A stretch of 64,000 nucleotides of DNA from a bacterium. GTDB taxonomy: Bacteria > UBA8248 > JACPRG01 > G963555815. The notes beneath the pieces are model-generated. The model was not told the DNA's origin. It saw nothing but the letters and a program-made list of their open reading frames with translations, and ran no database searches. The position numbers and the translations under genes are program-made. The DNA lies in the NCBI GenBank assembly GCA_965218795.1, contig OZ244653.1, positions 1,728,001-1,792,000 of the forward strand. The letters run 5' to 3'. Shown in pieces: positions 19,229 through 29,634 of the stretch. Numbering within the stretch: the stretch's first letter is position 1; every line of letters starts with the position of its first letter.

Positions 19229-19297
19229 CTACATCTTGTTTTTCACCGCCCGGATGCCGGGATACAAGACACAAGATGTAGGGGGTTAGCTCGTCAA
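19229..19297 (-). promoter_or_regulatory. Second TTGACG plus NrdR-box-like pair, upstream of the RM operon
   Basis: CTACATCTTGT 19229-19239, ACACAAGATGTAGGGG 19269-19284 and CGTCAA 19292-19297. Confidence 0.45.
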
Positions 19298-19730
19298 AGG
19301 CATGACTCCGGAAAAATCGACTGCCTGAAAGCCGCGCGCGACCCTCCGAGAGCCAGGCCGTTGATCCGCGCTTTCTGAAATTCCGCTTTGGAAATTTTCA
19401 TCCCGCGTTCCCTCAAATGAGGGCACGAACGAGGCAGTTCACTCCCCGGGACGGCGATCCATGAGAACTCAAGGAATAGTTGCCAACAAAGCCGTCCGGT
19501 CATAATGTGTAAGCATCATGAGAACCATAAGCGATTTACGCAGCAATGGAGGGACGGTTGGGGGCTTGTCGATCTTCTCCCCCTCGTGCATGTGTAACCG
19601 TCAGCCGCCCTTCGCTCTCGCTCTTCTCTGAACCCTTTTTCGTGACATACGGTCTAAGTCAATCGGAGAGAGGCGGAGCCGGCCAGAGGGGCCGCTTCTT
19701 CTCTCGATTGTTTGCAAAAGGACGAAAATC

Positions 19731-20906
19731 ATGGCCAAGACGTACAACGAACTGATGGCGGAGGCGAGGGATTCCATTCCCGAGCTGGCTCCGGAAGACG
19801 TGCACGACAGGCAGGGGAACGGAGAAGGGGCCGTTCTGCTCGATGTCCGGGAAAAGGATGAGGTCCGGCAAGGCTATATCGAGGGGGCTGTTTCCATCCC
19901 GCGCGGATTCCTCGAGATTCAGGTGGAAGGCTCCCTGTCGGACAAGGATCGGCCGGTCATCGTCTATTGCGCGGGCGGGGTCCGTTCCCTTCTGGCGGCG
20001 CAGACCCTCAGAGAGATGGGATACTCCGAAGTCTATTCCATGGCCGAAGGATTCAACGGCTGGAAAGACCGTAGTTTCGCATTTACCAAGGACTTCGAGC
20101 TGACGACAAACCAGTTGGAACGCTACAGCAGGCACTTTACGTTGGCCGAGGTGGGCGAGAAGGGCCAGGGGAAACTGTTGCAGGCCAAGATCCTGCTCCT
20201 CGGGGCGGGCGGTCTGGGCTCTCCGACGGCCCTTTACCTCGCGGCCGCGGGGGTCGGGACCCTCGGCATCGTGGATTTCGACGTTGTGGACCGCAGCAAT
20301 CTTCAGCGGCAAATCCTCCACCGGGACGCGGACGTCGGGATGCCGAAGACAGAATCCGCCATCCATACGCTGACGGCATTGAATCCGGACGTCAAGGTGG
20401 TGCCTTATCAGGACCGTCTCACGTCCGAGAACATCATGGAGATCATGGAGGATTACGATATCGTCGTGGACGGCTGCGACAACTTCCCCACCCGATATCT
20501 GGTGAACGACGCCTGCGTCTTCCTGGGCAAGCCCAACGTTCACGGAAGCATCTTCCAGTTCGAGGGCCAGGCGACCGTATTCGATACGAAGTCCGGCGGG
20601 CCCTGCTATCGCTGCCTCTATCCCGCGCCGCCGCCTCCCGGCATGGCTCCGAGCTGCGCGGAAGCGGGCGTTCTCGGCGTACTGCCGGGCGCAATCGGCG
20701 TGATGCAGGCCATCGAGGCGATCAAGATGATTCTGGGGACGGGCGAGCCCCTCATCGGGCGCCTTCTCCTGTACGATGCGCTGTCGGCGAAGTTCCGGGA
20801 AATGAAGCTCCGACGCGACCCGGCCTGCCCGGTCTGCGGGGACAGCCCGGAAATCACCGAGTTGATCGACTACGAACAGTTCTGCGCCGGAGTTCCGACG
20901 GGCTGA
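19731..20906 (+). CDS. moeB: Rhodanese-MoeB fusion (MoeZ-like adenylyltransferase/sulfurtransferase)
   Basis: N-terminal rhodanese YCAGGVRS; RYSRH, GAGGLGS, SNLQRQ, CYRC and CPVC motifs. Confidence 0.93.
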   Translation: MAKTYNELMAEARDSIPELAPEDVHDRQGNGEGAVLLDVREKDEVRQGYIEGAVSIPRGFLEIQVEGSLSDKDRPVIVYCAGGVRSLLAAQTLREMGYSEVYSMAEGFNGWKDRSFAFTKDFELTTNQLERYSRHFTLAEVGEKGQGKLLQAKILLLGAGGLGSPTALYLAAAGVGTLGIVDFDVVDRSNLQRQILHRDADVGMPKTESAIHTLTALNPDVKVVPYQDRLTSENIMEIMEDYDIVVDGCDNFPTRYLVNDACVFLGKPNVHGSIFQFEGQATVFDTKSGGPCYRCLYPAPPPPGMAPSCAEAGVLGVLPGAIGVMQAIEAIKMILGTGEPLIGRLLLYDALSAKFREMKLRRDPACPVCGDSPEITELIDYEQFCAGVPTG

Positions 20907-20936
20907 TCCGGCGGACGAAGCGCCCCTTGACCGAAC

Positions 20937-20976
20937 GCAAGAAGGGCGGGCGACCCGAGGTCCCCGCCCTTCTTGC
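20937..20976. terminator. Strong hairpin after moeB, likely a terminator
   Basis: 14-bp stem GCAAGAAGGGCGGG/CCCGCCCTTCTTGC. Confidence 0.7.
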
Positions 20977-20993
20977 TCCATCCTGCGCTTCTT

Positions 20994-21378
20994 TTGGGAA
21001 TGATACGCTTGACGCGCCAGGGGTATCATTCTCCGGAGATTGCCGTGGACCCGTACCTCGCCTCAGGATCGTCAGACGCCGCGTAAGTCAATTTCTCCCT
21101 CAAGATGGATTCCCGCTCAGGTCGGGGAGTGGATTCCTGCTTGCGCAGGAATGACAAACGAGGCCCGCGCACAACAGCCTGTCATTGCCCCGGGGCTTGT
21201 CCCCGAAGGCTTGAGTCGGGGCGGGAATGACAAACGGAACCATGCCGATCCTCCAGCGAGACCGCCCGCGCCGAGGAGCAGGCGGGGGTCATTCCCGCGG
21301 AAGCGGGAATCCAGAAAAACATGTCCCCGAGTGCTCCTATCGGGGGAAGGCCTGGCTAGTCAAGCGTATCATTCCCAA
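20994..21378. repeat. MITE-like segment: 20-bp perfect inverted repeats enclosing several REP-like hairpins
   Basis: TTGGGAATGATACGCTTGAC (20994-21013) / GTCAAGCGTATCATTCCCAA (21359-21378). Confidence 0.7.
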
Positions 21379-21440
21379 TGGATTCCATGAATTCCAATCA
21401 TTTCGGGGCGATGGATAACCAGGGAGCTGAAAGGCCCGGC

Positions 21441-22580
21441 TCAAACGCGTTCCAGTTTGAGCACCAGCAAGCTGGAAAGGGTGGTCAAGATGCCCAAGCC
21501 GGCGATTCCCGCTTGAAAGCTCCAGGCATCCGCGATGACTCCCAGAATCCACGGAGTCACCCCGAAGCCCACTCCCGCTCCGATCCCCACCACGAACCCC
21601 AGGGCCGCCCCCATCGCTCCGGAGGTGCTCAACCGCGCCACAAGCAGCAACCCGACGGCGAAGAACGACAGCGCAACTCCGCCTTCAACGACCACGAATA
21701 CCCCAACGCCGATGATCCCCGGCCACCATGCGATCCCCAGCTGTCCCAACCCCGAAATGACCAGAATCCAACCCAGAATGGGGCGGCAGACGCCCCGGTC
21801 CGCGAGCACGCCCGCGGCCAATGTGACCGGAATCCCGAATCCCCTGCCCACGGCGAACGTCAGATTGGCGGCCGTCAACTCCATCCCCAGTTCCTTCACG
21901 AGATACACCGGCATGACAAATCCCAACCCGGCGGCAGCCGACGTAGAAAGCGTCCACAGGTAGGCCAGGGTCAAAAGATTCGGGTTGCTGAAAACCTCGC
22001 TCAGACTTCCCCGCGGCCCGGCGGCCTCGGGTTCCTGATCCGGAGCGGTTCGAAGAAACAGGAAGAATACTGAAAGCGAAAGCACGGCCATCGCCCAGTA
22101 GACATATCTCCAAGGGAGGAAGGACAGAACCGCGACGGCCAGCACCGGAGCCAGTAACTGCCCGGCTGAGGCGGACGACTCGAAAGCCGCGATGCTTCTC
22201 CCCCAATAGCCTTTTCCGTATTCCATCGACAGAAGCGGGATGATGCACGGAATGAATGCCCCCGTCATCAGCCCGATCAGAAAGACGACCACCGCAATGC
22301 CGGCAAAACCCGTCATCCATCGCATGGAAATCAGGACGAGCGTTAGAACCAACAGGGCGATTCGAAGGGTGCGCCGGTACCCGAACCACCGGCTCCAAAA
22401 GGCGGTCGTCAGATGGGTCGCACAATAGCCGACGACCAGCACCAGGAACAGACGCCCCGCCTGACCGTGGGAGATGGCGAATTCGTCTTCAATGAGAGGC
22501 AGCACCGGGGCCAAAAGGAGACGCGCGCCGTGGGCCAGGACCCAGGAGAGACATGCGGTCATCAGGAAGGCGTGACGCAT
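21441..22580 (-). CDS. MFS transporter (paralogue 3)
   Basis: About 12 hydrophobic segments; motif-A-like WSRWFGYRR and GVLADR. Confidence 0.9.
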   Translation of the reverse strand: MRHAFLMTACLSWVLAHGARLLLAPVLPLIEDEFAISHGQAGRLFLVLVVGYCATHLTTAFWSRWFGYRRTLRIALLVLTLVLISMRWMTGFAGIAVVVFLIGLMTGAFIPCIIPLLSMEYGKGYWGRSIAAFESSASAGQLLAPVLAVAVLSFLPWRYVYWAMAVLSLSVFFLFLRTAPDQEPEAAGPRGSLSEVFSNPNLLTLAYLWTLSTSAAAGLGFVMPVYLVKELGMELTAANLTFAVGRGFGIPVTLAAGVLADRGVCRPILGWILVISGLGQLGIAWWPGIIGVGVFVVVEGGVALSFFAVGLLLVARLSTSGAMGAALGFVVGIGAGVGFGVTPWILGVIADAWSFQAGIAGLGILTTLSSLLVLKLERV

Positions 22581-22688
22581 AGGCCGTTTCACAGGGGAAT
22601 CGCGGATGTCCCACAAGCTGGAGGAGGGGATTCGGATCGGCGGCGGGTCCGAAAATTTGCCGGCAGATGAACCCCTTTCGCACTTGGC

Positions 22689-23828
22689 TCAGACCTTTTC
22701 GATTTTCGTGACCGCTGAGCCAGCCAAAAGCGTGATGGCCCCCAGCATGGAAATGCCCGCCTGAAAACTCCAGGCATCGGCGATTGCGCCCAGTACCCAG
22801 GGCGTCACCCCGATACCGATCCCCACCCCCACCCCGATGACGAGCCCTGTCGCCGCTCCGCGGACCCCTGCCGAGGTCAACCGCGAGATCAGAATCAGGC
22901 CCACCGGAAAAAACATCATTTGAACGACCGCTTCAATGATCACGAAAATCGAGATACCTATGTTTCCAGGCCAGAGAGCAATCCCGAAAAGAGAAACGGC
23001 AACAAAGGTCAGTACCCAAGCCAGCAGGTTCCGGCAAGGAAACCTGTCCGCCAGGAACCCGGCCGACAGGACGGCCAGAATACCTGCGCCGCGCCCGGCG
23101 GCGACCACTTGGTTGGCCGCCGTCAAGTCCATCCCGCGTTCCTTGACCAGGTAGGTCGGGATGAGGAACCCGACCCCGTTTGCACACGCGGAGGCCAGTA
23201 TCCAGAGACCGGCGAGGGTCACGAGACTTTGATTCCGGAACACCGCCACGATGCTCCCGATTGCACCTTCGACCTCCGGCTCTGCTCGCGGTGCGGTCTT
23301 CAAGAACATCATCCAGGCAATGCAGGCCAGAATGGCCATCGCAAAGAACACATGGGACCAGGGGAGGGCCGTGAGAACCGCCACCGCAATCAAAGGCGCG
23401 ATGAACTGCCCGGCGGGCGCGGCTGTATCGAAAAAGGCGATGCTTCTACCCCACCGATCCTTTCCGTAAGTCTGTGTCACCAAAGGAAGGACCGAAGGAA
23501 GGATCGTCCCTGTCGCCATTCCCATGAGAAACATCAGCGCGGACAAGGACCAGGTGTTGGACGCCCAGCGCATCGCCACGAGAATCAATATCACTGACAT
23601 CAGCGCAGTGCGGACAGTGCGGATGTAACCGAACCTCCGACTCCAGAACGCGGCGCTCAGGAACATCAAGCAATAGCCACACATCATAAAGAGCAAGAAT
23701 CGCCCCGCCGTCGCATGGGTAATTCCAAAGTCATCCTCAATCAATGGAAGGACCGAAGATGTGATCATTCTTGAACTGTGGGTCAGAAGCCACATCAGCC
23801 AGGCTGTGATGAGAAACGTGTGACCCAT
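22689..23828 (-). CDS. MFS transporter (paralogue 2)
   Basis: Same architecture; WSRRFGY and GFLADRF. Confidence 0.9.
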   Translation of the reverse strand: MGHTFLITAWLMWLLTHSSRMITSSVLPLIEDDFGITHATAGRFLLFMMCGYCLMFLSAAFWSRRFGYIRTVRTALMSVILILVAMRWASNTWSLSALMFLMGMATGTILPSVLPLVTQTYGKDRWGRSIAFFDTAAPAGQFIAPLIAVAVLTALPWSHVFFAMAILACIAWMMFLKTAPRAEPEVEGAIGSIVAVFRNQSLVTLAGLWILASACANGVGFLIPTYLVKERGMDLTAANQVVAAGRGAGILAVLSAGFLADRFPCRNLLAWVLTFVAVSLFGIALWPGNIGISIFVIIEAVVQMMFFPVGLILISRLTSAGVRGAATGLVIGVGVGIGIGVTPWVLGAIADAWSFQAGISMLGAITLLAGSAVTKIEKV

Positions 23829-23963
23829 CGATCGAACGGAACTCATCGATATTCCAAAGAAAAGAACCTCGGGGGGGTGCGGACCTCGGGACCCTCTCGC
23901 ACGGCCCCATCCTATCGGAAAAGAATCCGGCCCGTCATTCATCCAGCTTCAGGGGAGCTTCCC

Positions 23964-25103
23964 TCACACCCGCTCCAGCCGGAGAACCAGCAGGCAGGCC
24001 GTCATCGCGACGGCCCCCAGTATGGAGATCCCTCCCTGGAAACTCCACACATCCGCCACGGCGCCCAGCACCCATGGAGTCAAGCCGAAACCGAAGGCCG
24101 CTCCGGCCCCGATCACAAGCCCCGTCGCCGCACCCCGGATCCCGGCGGCCGTCAGGCGTGCGATCATAATCAACCCAACGGGAAAGAACATGTTGACCAC
24201 CAATCCCTCGATGACCACGAAAACACCCACCCCCACGTTGTCGGGCCAAAGCGCGACCCCGACGAGGGAAGCCCCCGAGAGCGCCAAAATCCATCCCAGG
24301 AGGGTCCGGCACTGAAACCGATCGGCCAGAAAACCCGCGTAGACCGCCGTGACCATTCCAAGCCCCCGCCCCAGTGCGAAATACTGGTTGGCGGAAGACA
24401 GATCCATCCCTCTCTCTTTGACCAGGTAGACGGGGAACAAGAACCCGGCGCCCAACGCCGATCCGGATGCCAGGATCCAAAGACCCCCGAGCGTTATGAG
24501 ACTCCGGTTCCGGAGCACGGCGACGATGCTCCCGCCCGCCCGGTCCGTCTCCGGCTCCTTCTTGGGAGCCGTGGCAAGAAACAGCAATAAGATGACGGCT
24601 CCGATCGCCGCCATGCCCCAAAAGACATAACGCCAAGAGAAAAACGAGAGCACGAGGACGGCGATGAGAGGCGCGACAAACTGTCCCCCCGGCGCAGCGG
24701 AATCAAACAGGCCGATGCTTTTTCCCCACTGCTCTTTCCCATAGGCCGCCGTAATCAGAGGAATTGCGGACGGCAGCACAGTGCCGGTCGTCAAGCCGAT
24801 GCAGAACGTAAGGGCGCAAACCGTCAATAGATTCGGGGCCCAGCGCATCAGGACGAGAGAGCCAAGAAGCGCGATCAGTCCAATCTGGAGCGCCCGCCGA
24901 TAACCCAGGAGGCGGCTCCAGAACGGGACGCTCAGGAGTGAGACGGTATAGCCAACGCTCAGGAACAGGAATATCCGGCCCGCTTGTTCATGGGTAATCC
25001 CAAGGTCGTCCTCGACCAGGGGCAGAACAGGGCCAATGATCATTCGTGACGCATGCGCCAACATCCAAAGGAGCCATGCGGTGAATAGAAAGGAATGACG
25101 CAT
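23964..25103 (-). CDS. MFS transporter (paralogue 1)
   Basis: Same architecture; WSRLLGYRR and GFLADRF. Confidence 0.9.
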   Translation of the reverse strand: MRHSFLFTAWLLWMLAHASRMIIGPVLPLVEDDLGITHEQAGRIFLFLSVGYTVSLLSVPFWSRLLGYRRALQIGLIALLGSLVLMRWAPNLLTVCALTFCIGLTTGTVLPSAIPLITAAYGKEQWGKSIGLFDSAAPGGQFVAPLIAVLVLSFFSWRYVFWGMAAIGAVILLLFLATAPKKEPETDRAGGSIVAVLRNRSLITLGGLWILASGSALGAGFLFPVYLVKERGMDLSSANQYFALGRGLGMVTAVYAGFLADRFQCRTLLGWILALSGASLVGVALWPDNVGVGVFVVIEGLVVNMFFPVGLIMIARLTAAGIRGAATGLVIGAGAAFGFGLTPWVLGAVADVWSFQGGISILGAVAMTACLLVLRLERV

Positions 25104-25445
25104 CGGGGAAATCCGGATTGGGTCAAGAGAAGGATGCGAATTTCTTCGCGGGGGTCAAAGGAAAGATCGATCGATCATTTTGCCCGTCCCTCAACCCGGT
25201 AACACGAAGAATGTAGAGCGGGTCGATGGAGTCAACATCGATCCGGCCTGAGGATCGTTCACTGCGCCATTCTGAAATCGGTTCGAGAGGAAGGGAGGCT
25301 CCCTGCGCGCCAGGTGAACCATCGCCGTCGGTCCGCTAGGGAACCTGCCCGCGAAGGCCGGTGGTCCCCAAGGAACCAGGGATCAGGGCAAGGCATCCAT
25401 TGAACGCAAGGGACGCTGATTTTCAAGTTTTTGATACGGGCCCCG

Positions 25446-26003
25446 CTATTCACCCATCATATCTTTACGGCCAAAAAGAGATTCCAATTGATAACCTTCT
25501 TCGGCGAGTCTTTCTTTCCCACCCTCATTTCGGTCAACCACGACCAGCACCCGCTCGACGATCAGACCTTCCGCCTTCGCCCGATGGATCGCGTGCAGGA
25601 TGGAGCCTCCCGTGGTCGTCACATCTTCCAGGATGGCGACTTTCATCCCTTCCCGCAGATTATTTTTCCCTTCAATCCATGCGCTCGTCCCATGAAACTT
25701 GGGCTCTTTCCGGACAATAAAGGCCGCCATGGGCTCACCGTGCTGATGGCTGACCAGGGCGGTGGCCGTCACGATAGGATCAGCCCCCATGGTCGGACCG
25801 CCCACAGCCTCAATCCCCGCGCCTTTCAGCTGATCGAAGATCAGCTCACCGACCAATTTCAGGCCCATCGGATGAAGGGTGGCCTGCTTCCCGTCAATAT
25901 ACCAATCGCTTTTCAAACCCGATGTCAGGACAACATCCCTCTTCTCGAATGCCCGTTCAATCAGCAACTTTTTGAGAGATTCCCGGTCCTGTTCGATCGA
26001 CAT
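25446..26003 (-). CDS. pyrE: Orotate phosphoribosyltransferase
   Basis: LTSGLKSDWYID, VRKEPKFHG and PRPP motif ILEDVTTTGGS. Confidence 0.95.
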   Translation of the reverse strand: MSIEQDRESLKKLLIERAFEKRDVVLTSGLKSDWYIDGKQATLHPMGLKLVGELIFDQLKGAGIEAVGGPTMGADPIVTATALVSHQHGEPMAAFIVRKEPKFHGTSAWIEGKNNLREGMKVAILEDVTTTGGSILHAIHRAKAEGLIVERVLVVVDRNEGGKERLAEEGYQLESLFGRKDMMGE

Positions 26004-26197
26004 AACCTTCCTTTCACCCGAATCGCGGCCTGTCCTGCGCGACCCGTTTGGGTGGTCTGGAAACTTCTCGAGACAATCCCCGCCCGATTTTCAATTTCTG
26101 TCGCCGGCGTGGAATGAAGAAATGATTCAGGATAATGATGAGTGGGCCATTGGGAGGGGGAGAACGAAACGACCTGCGGACGACGTCCGGCCCGTGA

Positions 26198-26455
26198 TCA
26201 AGCCACCGCTTCTCCGAAATCTCTCCAGTCATCGGGGAAGAGAGCCCGTTGCGCAGGGTCCAGGAAGTCCCGGGGGACCATGACCCGGACCTCCCCCAAC
26301 TCATTTGCCGTAATTCCATAAAGGAAACCCACCGATTCGTACTGCAGCCATACGGGTATCCCTTCACTTTCAAGGCGCGACCGGAGGATCAGCGCCTCCA
26401 TCTGTCCCTGCACAACCCTGAGCAGCAAAACCCAGTCTTGTTCAATATCCCACAC
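26198..26455 (-). CDS. DUF2007-like small protein
   Basis: EALILRSRLESEGIP...GEVRVMVP pattern. Confidence 0.75.
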   Translation of the reverse strand: MWDIEQDWVLLLRVVQGQMEALILRSRLESEGIPVWLQYESVGFLYGITANELGEVRVMVPRDFLDPAQRALFPDDWRDFGEAVA

Positions 26456-26493
26456 CCATCAAATCCTTACAGGAAGAATCGGCTTTTCCGAGT

Positions 26494-27030
26494 CTATTTT
26501 CTTTTTGGAGGCGCGAGACCGGACGAACCGTCGTCTCGGGGTCCGATCGTAATTTCGACGGTTGTTTCAAGCGTCTCCCGGTTCACGCGCATCAGGGCGC
26601 TCCAGCCCTCCTTTTCGAAACTCATCAAGACCGTCCCCTTCGCCTCGATCGCATTCACCAGACGCCAAGCGTGTTGGGGCATCTCGGTCTTGAAAAACTC
26701 AGCGACTTCATTCACGGATTCATTCCCATGATAGACAAGGATGCCCGCCTTGAGGCTCTGCGTCTCGAAGATGAAGGATTCACTGGCGTCGATTGTCAGC
26801 TTTGGATGGACCGGGACGTCCTCGAACCGATACTGCGGGGCGAGGGGAGCATTGTCCTTCGAGACTTTCGCAGTCGTGCAGCCGGCAACCATCAAAGCGG
26901 TTGCTACGAACGTTAGAAACGGAATTCGAGAACAGAAACCGGAGAAAAGCCTCCCCACCTTACGGACCCGGCCGGCAGGCGGGGCGTCTGGAGGAGCTTG
27001 CAACCCAATGGTTTTGTTGATGTGATACAT
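26494..27030 (-). CDS. Hypothetical lipoprotein (start uncertain)
   Basis: Lipobox VAGC; FEDVPV and FFKTEMPQHAW. Confidence 0.65.
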   Translation of the reverse strand: MYHINKTIGLQAPPDAPPAGRVRKVGRLFSGFCSRIPFLTFVATALMVAGCTTAKVSKDNAPLAPQYRFEDVPVHPKLTIDASESFIFETQSLKAGILVYHGNESVNEVAEFFKTEMPQHAWRLVNAIEAKGTVLMSFEKEGWSALMRVNRETLETTVEITIGPRDDGSSGLAPPKRK

Positions 27031-27187
27031 TGTTCGTCCTGGGGTCCTCGCTCGCTGATTCCCCTTATTCTAAGATGGGGAAAAAGGATATGCTTCCAAA
27101 CCTGAAATAGCACAACGGGAAAAAAACCGCAACTTTTTCTTCGGAAACACCAACGCTCCGGTCAACGGAAGCAGGGGTGGCAGCGAC

Positions 27188-28147
27188 ATGAAGCCCCGCC
27201 CGAAACAACAGGATCATCACGGATCTCCGTCACAATTGGCAGGCTGGGCATCCTGCCCGGCATCAGCGGCGGTAGACGGGCTGGAAGCCCGCCCTACCGA
27301 TCGCGAGAGACTTGGCCGGCGGCTCCGGGGCCTCCGTTGGGTCCTGTACCTATTTGCGGCGGCACTCTTGGCAGGCAGCGCCTTGGCCCAAGGTCCGATT
27401 CCCGCCCCCCCGATCCTGCCCGTAAAACCGGAAGAAATTCCATCCGAGACGGACTCACCAAAAAGTGCATCGACCAAGCCGGGTGGCGCCGCACTCGTCG
27501 TCCCGTTGCACACAGTCGTCATTGACCCGGGTCATGGAGGCAGGGACACGGGAATCCGAGGGGCTGGCGGGTTGCTGGAAAAGGACGTGACCCTACGGAC
27601 GGCGGAAAAGCTCGCGGAACTGATTGAAGGCCGACTGGGGGTGCGGGTCGTCTTGACTCGAACAGGGGACTTCAGCCTTCCCCTGCTGGAGCGCACAGCC
27701 ATTACCAACCGAGCCAAAGGCCAGCTCTTTCTGAGCCTCCACGTCGAAGGAAGCTTCCAGCGGGAAAGCTCAGGTTTTCGGGTGTATATCCTGGGCCCGA
27801 TGTCCAAGCCGGGCAGAACGCCGGTTCCACCAGGGGAGGAGACCGGCCTGCGGGCGACCCAGTGGGATACGACCCAGGCCGCCTACAGAAGCGAAACGGT
27901 TCGTTTTGCCTCTGTGCTTCGCGAATCCCTGGGGAGGCACACAGGTCTGCCTGCCGCTGCGGTCCAAGAGACGCAATTGATTGTATTGAAGGGGATCGAG
28001 ATGCCGGCCGTCCTCATCGGTCTGGGACACTTGACGAATCCTCAGGAGGAGGCCCTTCTGGAACGCGATGAATTTCTTGACAAGATCGCAGAGGGGGTGT
28101 TTCGGGCGCTCATGAGTTTCCTCCAAGGGAAGGAAGTTTCCAACTGA
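27188..28147 (+). CDS. N-acetylmuramoyl-L-alanine amidase (Amidase_3)
   Basis: IDPGHGG, EKD and FLSLH motifs; PAVLIGLG where the catalytic Glu is usually found. Confidence 0.88.
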   Translation: MKPRPKQQDHHGSPSQLAGWASCPASAAVDGLEARPTDRERLGRRLRGLRWVLYLFAAALLAGSALAQGPIPAPPILPVKPEEIPSETDSPKSASTKPGGAALVVPLHTVVIDPGHGGRDTGIRGAGGLLEKDVTLRTAEKLAELIEGRLGVRVVLTRTGDFSLPLLERTAITNRAKGQLFLSLHVEGSFQRESSGFRVYILGPMSKPGRTPVPPGEETGLRATQWDTTQAAYRSETVRFASVLRESLGRHTGLPAAAVQETQLIVLKGIEMPAVLIGLGHLTNPQEEALLERDEFLDKIAEGVFRALMSFLQGKEVSN

Positions 28148-28178
28148 CTTCGGCGGGTCTGGCGGGAGGGACCGATTT

Positions 28179-28811
28179 GTGCGGTGGTTTTTGCCGATCC
28201 TGATCGTTCTTGGGATTGGAGCGGGGATCATTTTTTCCAACGTTGAAAGGGTGGGGACTCCGCCCCAGCGGACATCGGATACGCCATCCCCGGCGAACCC
28301 GTCCCCATCCGCGGCGACGCCGGATATCCCCGAAACCTCCTCCCCGGCCAGGACGGCCTCGACGCTCAAGAGCAGAAAGCGGTACGTTCTCATCTTCGCA
28401 GTGAAAGGGGACCGGGGATTGCGACCGGAGCCCAGGGATCTTCCCCGGCCCCGCACACTCCGGGAATCAATACGCCTGGTCCTGGAGGAATTGATCCTGG
28501 GCTCCCGAACGGGACTGGTCTCGACGCTGCCCCGTACATCCAGAGTCTTGGAAATATTTCTGGACGGTCAAGGAACGGTATACGTGGACTTCAGCAAGGA
28601 AATATCCACCGAGCATCCAGGCGGCGTATGGACAGAATCCGCGACCGTCGCGTCGGTTGTGCAAACGCTGACGTCCAATTTCGAATCGGTCCGAAGGGTG
28701 GCATTCCTGATCGAAGGCAAAACCGCGGAGACACTGACCGGACACATCGACATTCGGCGGCCGCTCAGCCGTCTCGATACGAGGTTCTTCCCTCAGGCGG
28801 ACGAGCCGTAG
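28179..28811 (+). CDS. GerMN-domain protein
   Basis: LEELILG, VYVDFS, SVVQTLT and LTGHID; typical position between amidase and rph. Confidence 0.85.
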   Translation: MRWFLPILIVLGIGAGIIFSNVERVGTPPQRTSDTPSPANPSPSAATPDIPETSSPARTASTLKSRKRYVLIFAVKGDRGLRPEPRDLPRPRTLRESIRLVLEELILGSRTGLVSTLPRTSRVLEIFLDGQGTVYVDFSKEISTEHPGGVWTESATVASVVQTLTSNFESVRRVAFLIEGKTAETLTGHIDIRRPLSRLDTRFFPQADEP

Positions 28812-28863
28812 CCATTTCCTGGAAAAGGGGAAATCGGTCCCTGGAGAACGGAAGGGAGGATTG

Positions 28864-29634
28864 ATGTCCGGTCGAAGATCCGCACGAAATGACGGAAGGC
28901 GCCCGGGTGAAATGCGTCCGGTCGCGATTGAAATGAACCCGCTTCCTGCGGCCGAAGGGTCGGTTCAAATCTCAGTGGGCAAGACGCGAGTCATCTGCTC
29001 GGCGACGGTGGAGGCCGGTGTCCCGGGTTGGATGAAAGGCAAGGAAGAAGGGTGGGTGACCGCCGAGTACGCCATGCTCCCGAGATCAACCGACCAGCGG
29101 GTCCCTCGAGAATCCGTGCGGGGGAGGCAGTCCGGGCGGACCCAGGAGATCCAACGGCTCATCGGTCGATCCATGCGCGCCGTTGTCGATCGACGGGCTC
29201 TCGGGGAACGGATGATCATCATGGACTGCGACGTCATCCAGGCGGATGGAGGGACCCGAACCGCTTCCATTACCGGGGCCTACCTTGCGCTGGCCCAGGC
29301 CATTCTCCGGTTGGAAGTTGCAGGGGACATCCCGAAAAACGTTCTCCTGGACAGCGTTGCGGCGACGAGTGTGGGGATCGTCGGAGGACGGCATTGTCTC
29401 GACCTGGACTATTCGGAGGACTCCGTCGCGGAGGTGGACATGAACGTCGTGATGACGGGAAGGGGCGGAATCGTGGAAGTTCAGGGGACTGCGGAGGGCG
29501 CGCCTTTCTCGTTTGACGAACTGGATCGACTGAACGGACTGGCCGCCAGAGGCATCCGAAGCCTGACCCGCCTGCAGGCCCGAACGCTGAAGAAAATCCG
29601 GGAGGAAATCAGGAAAGGAAACCCGCCGCCTTGA
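28864..29634 (+). CDS. rph: Ribonuclease PH
   Basis: [34 protein letters not shown] and EVQGTAE. Confidence 0.97.
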   Translation: MSGRRSARNDGRRPGEMRPVAIEMNPLPAAEGSVQISVGKTRVICSATVEAGVPGWMKGKEEGWVTAEYAMLPRSTDQRVPRESVRGRQSGRTQEIQRLIGRSMRAVVDRRALGERMIIMDCDVIQADGGTRTASITGAYLALAQAILRLEVAGDIPKNVLLDSVAATSVGIVGGRHCLDLDYSEDSVAEVDMNVVMTGRGGIVEVQGTAEGAPFSFDELDRLNGLAARGIRSLTRLQARTLKKIREEIRKGNPPP

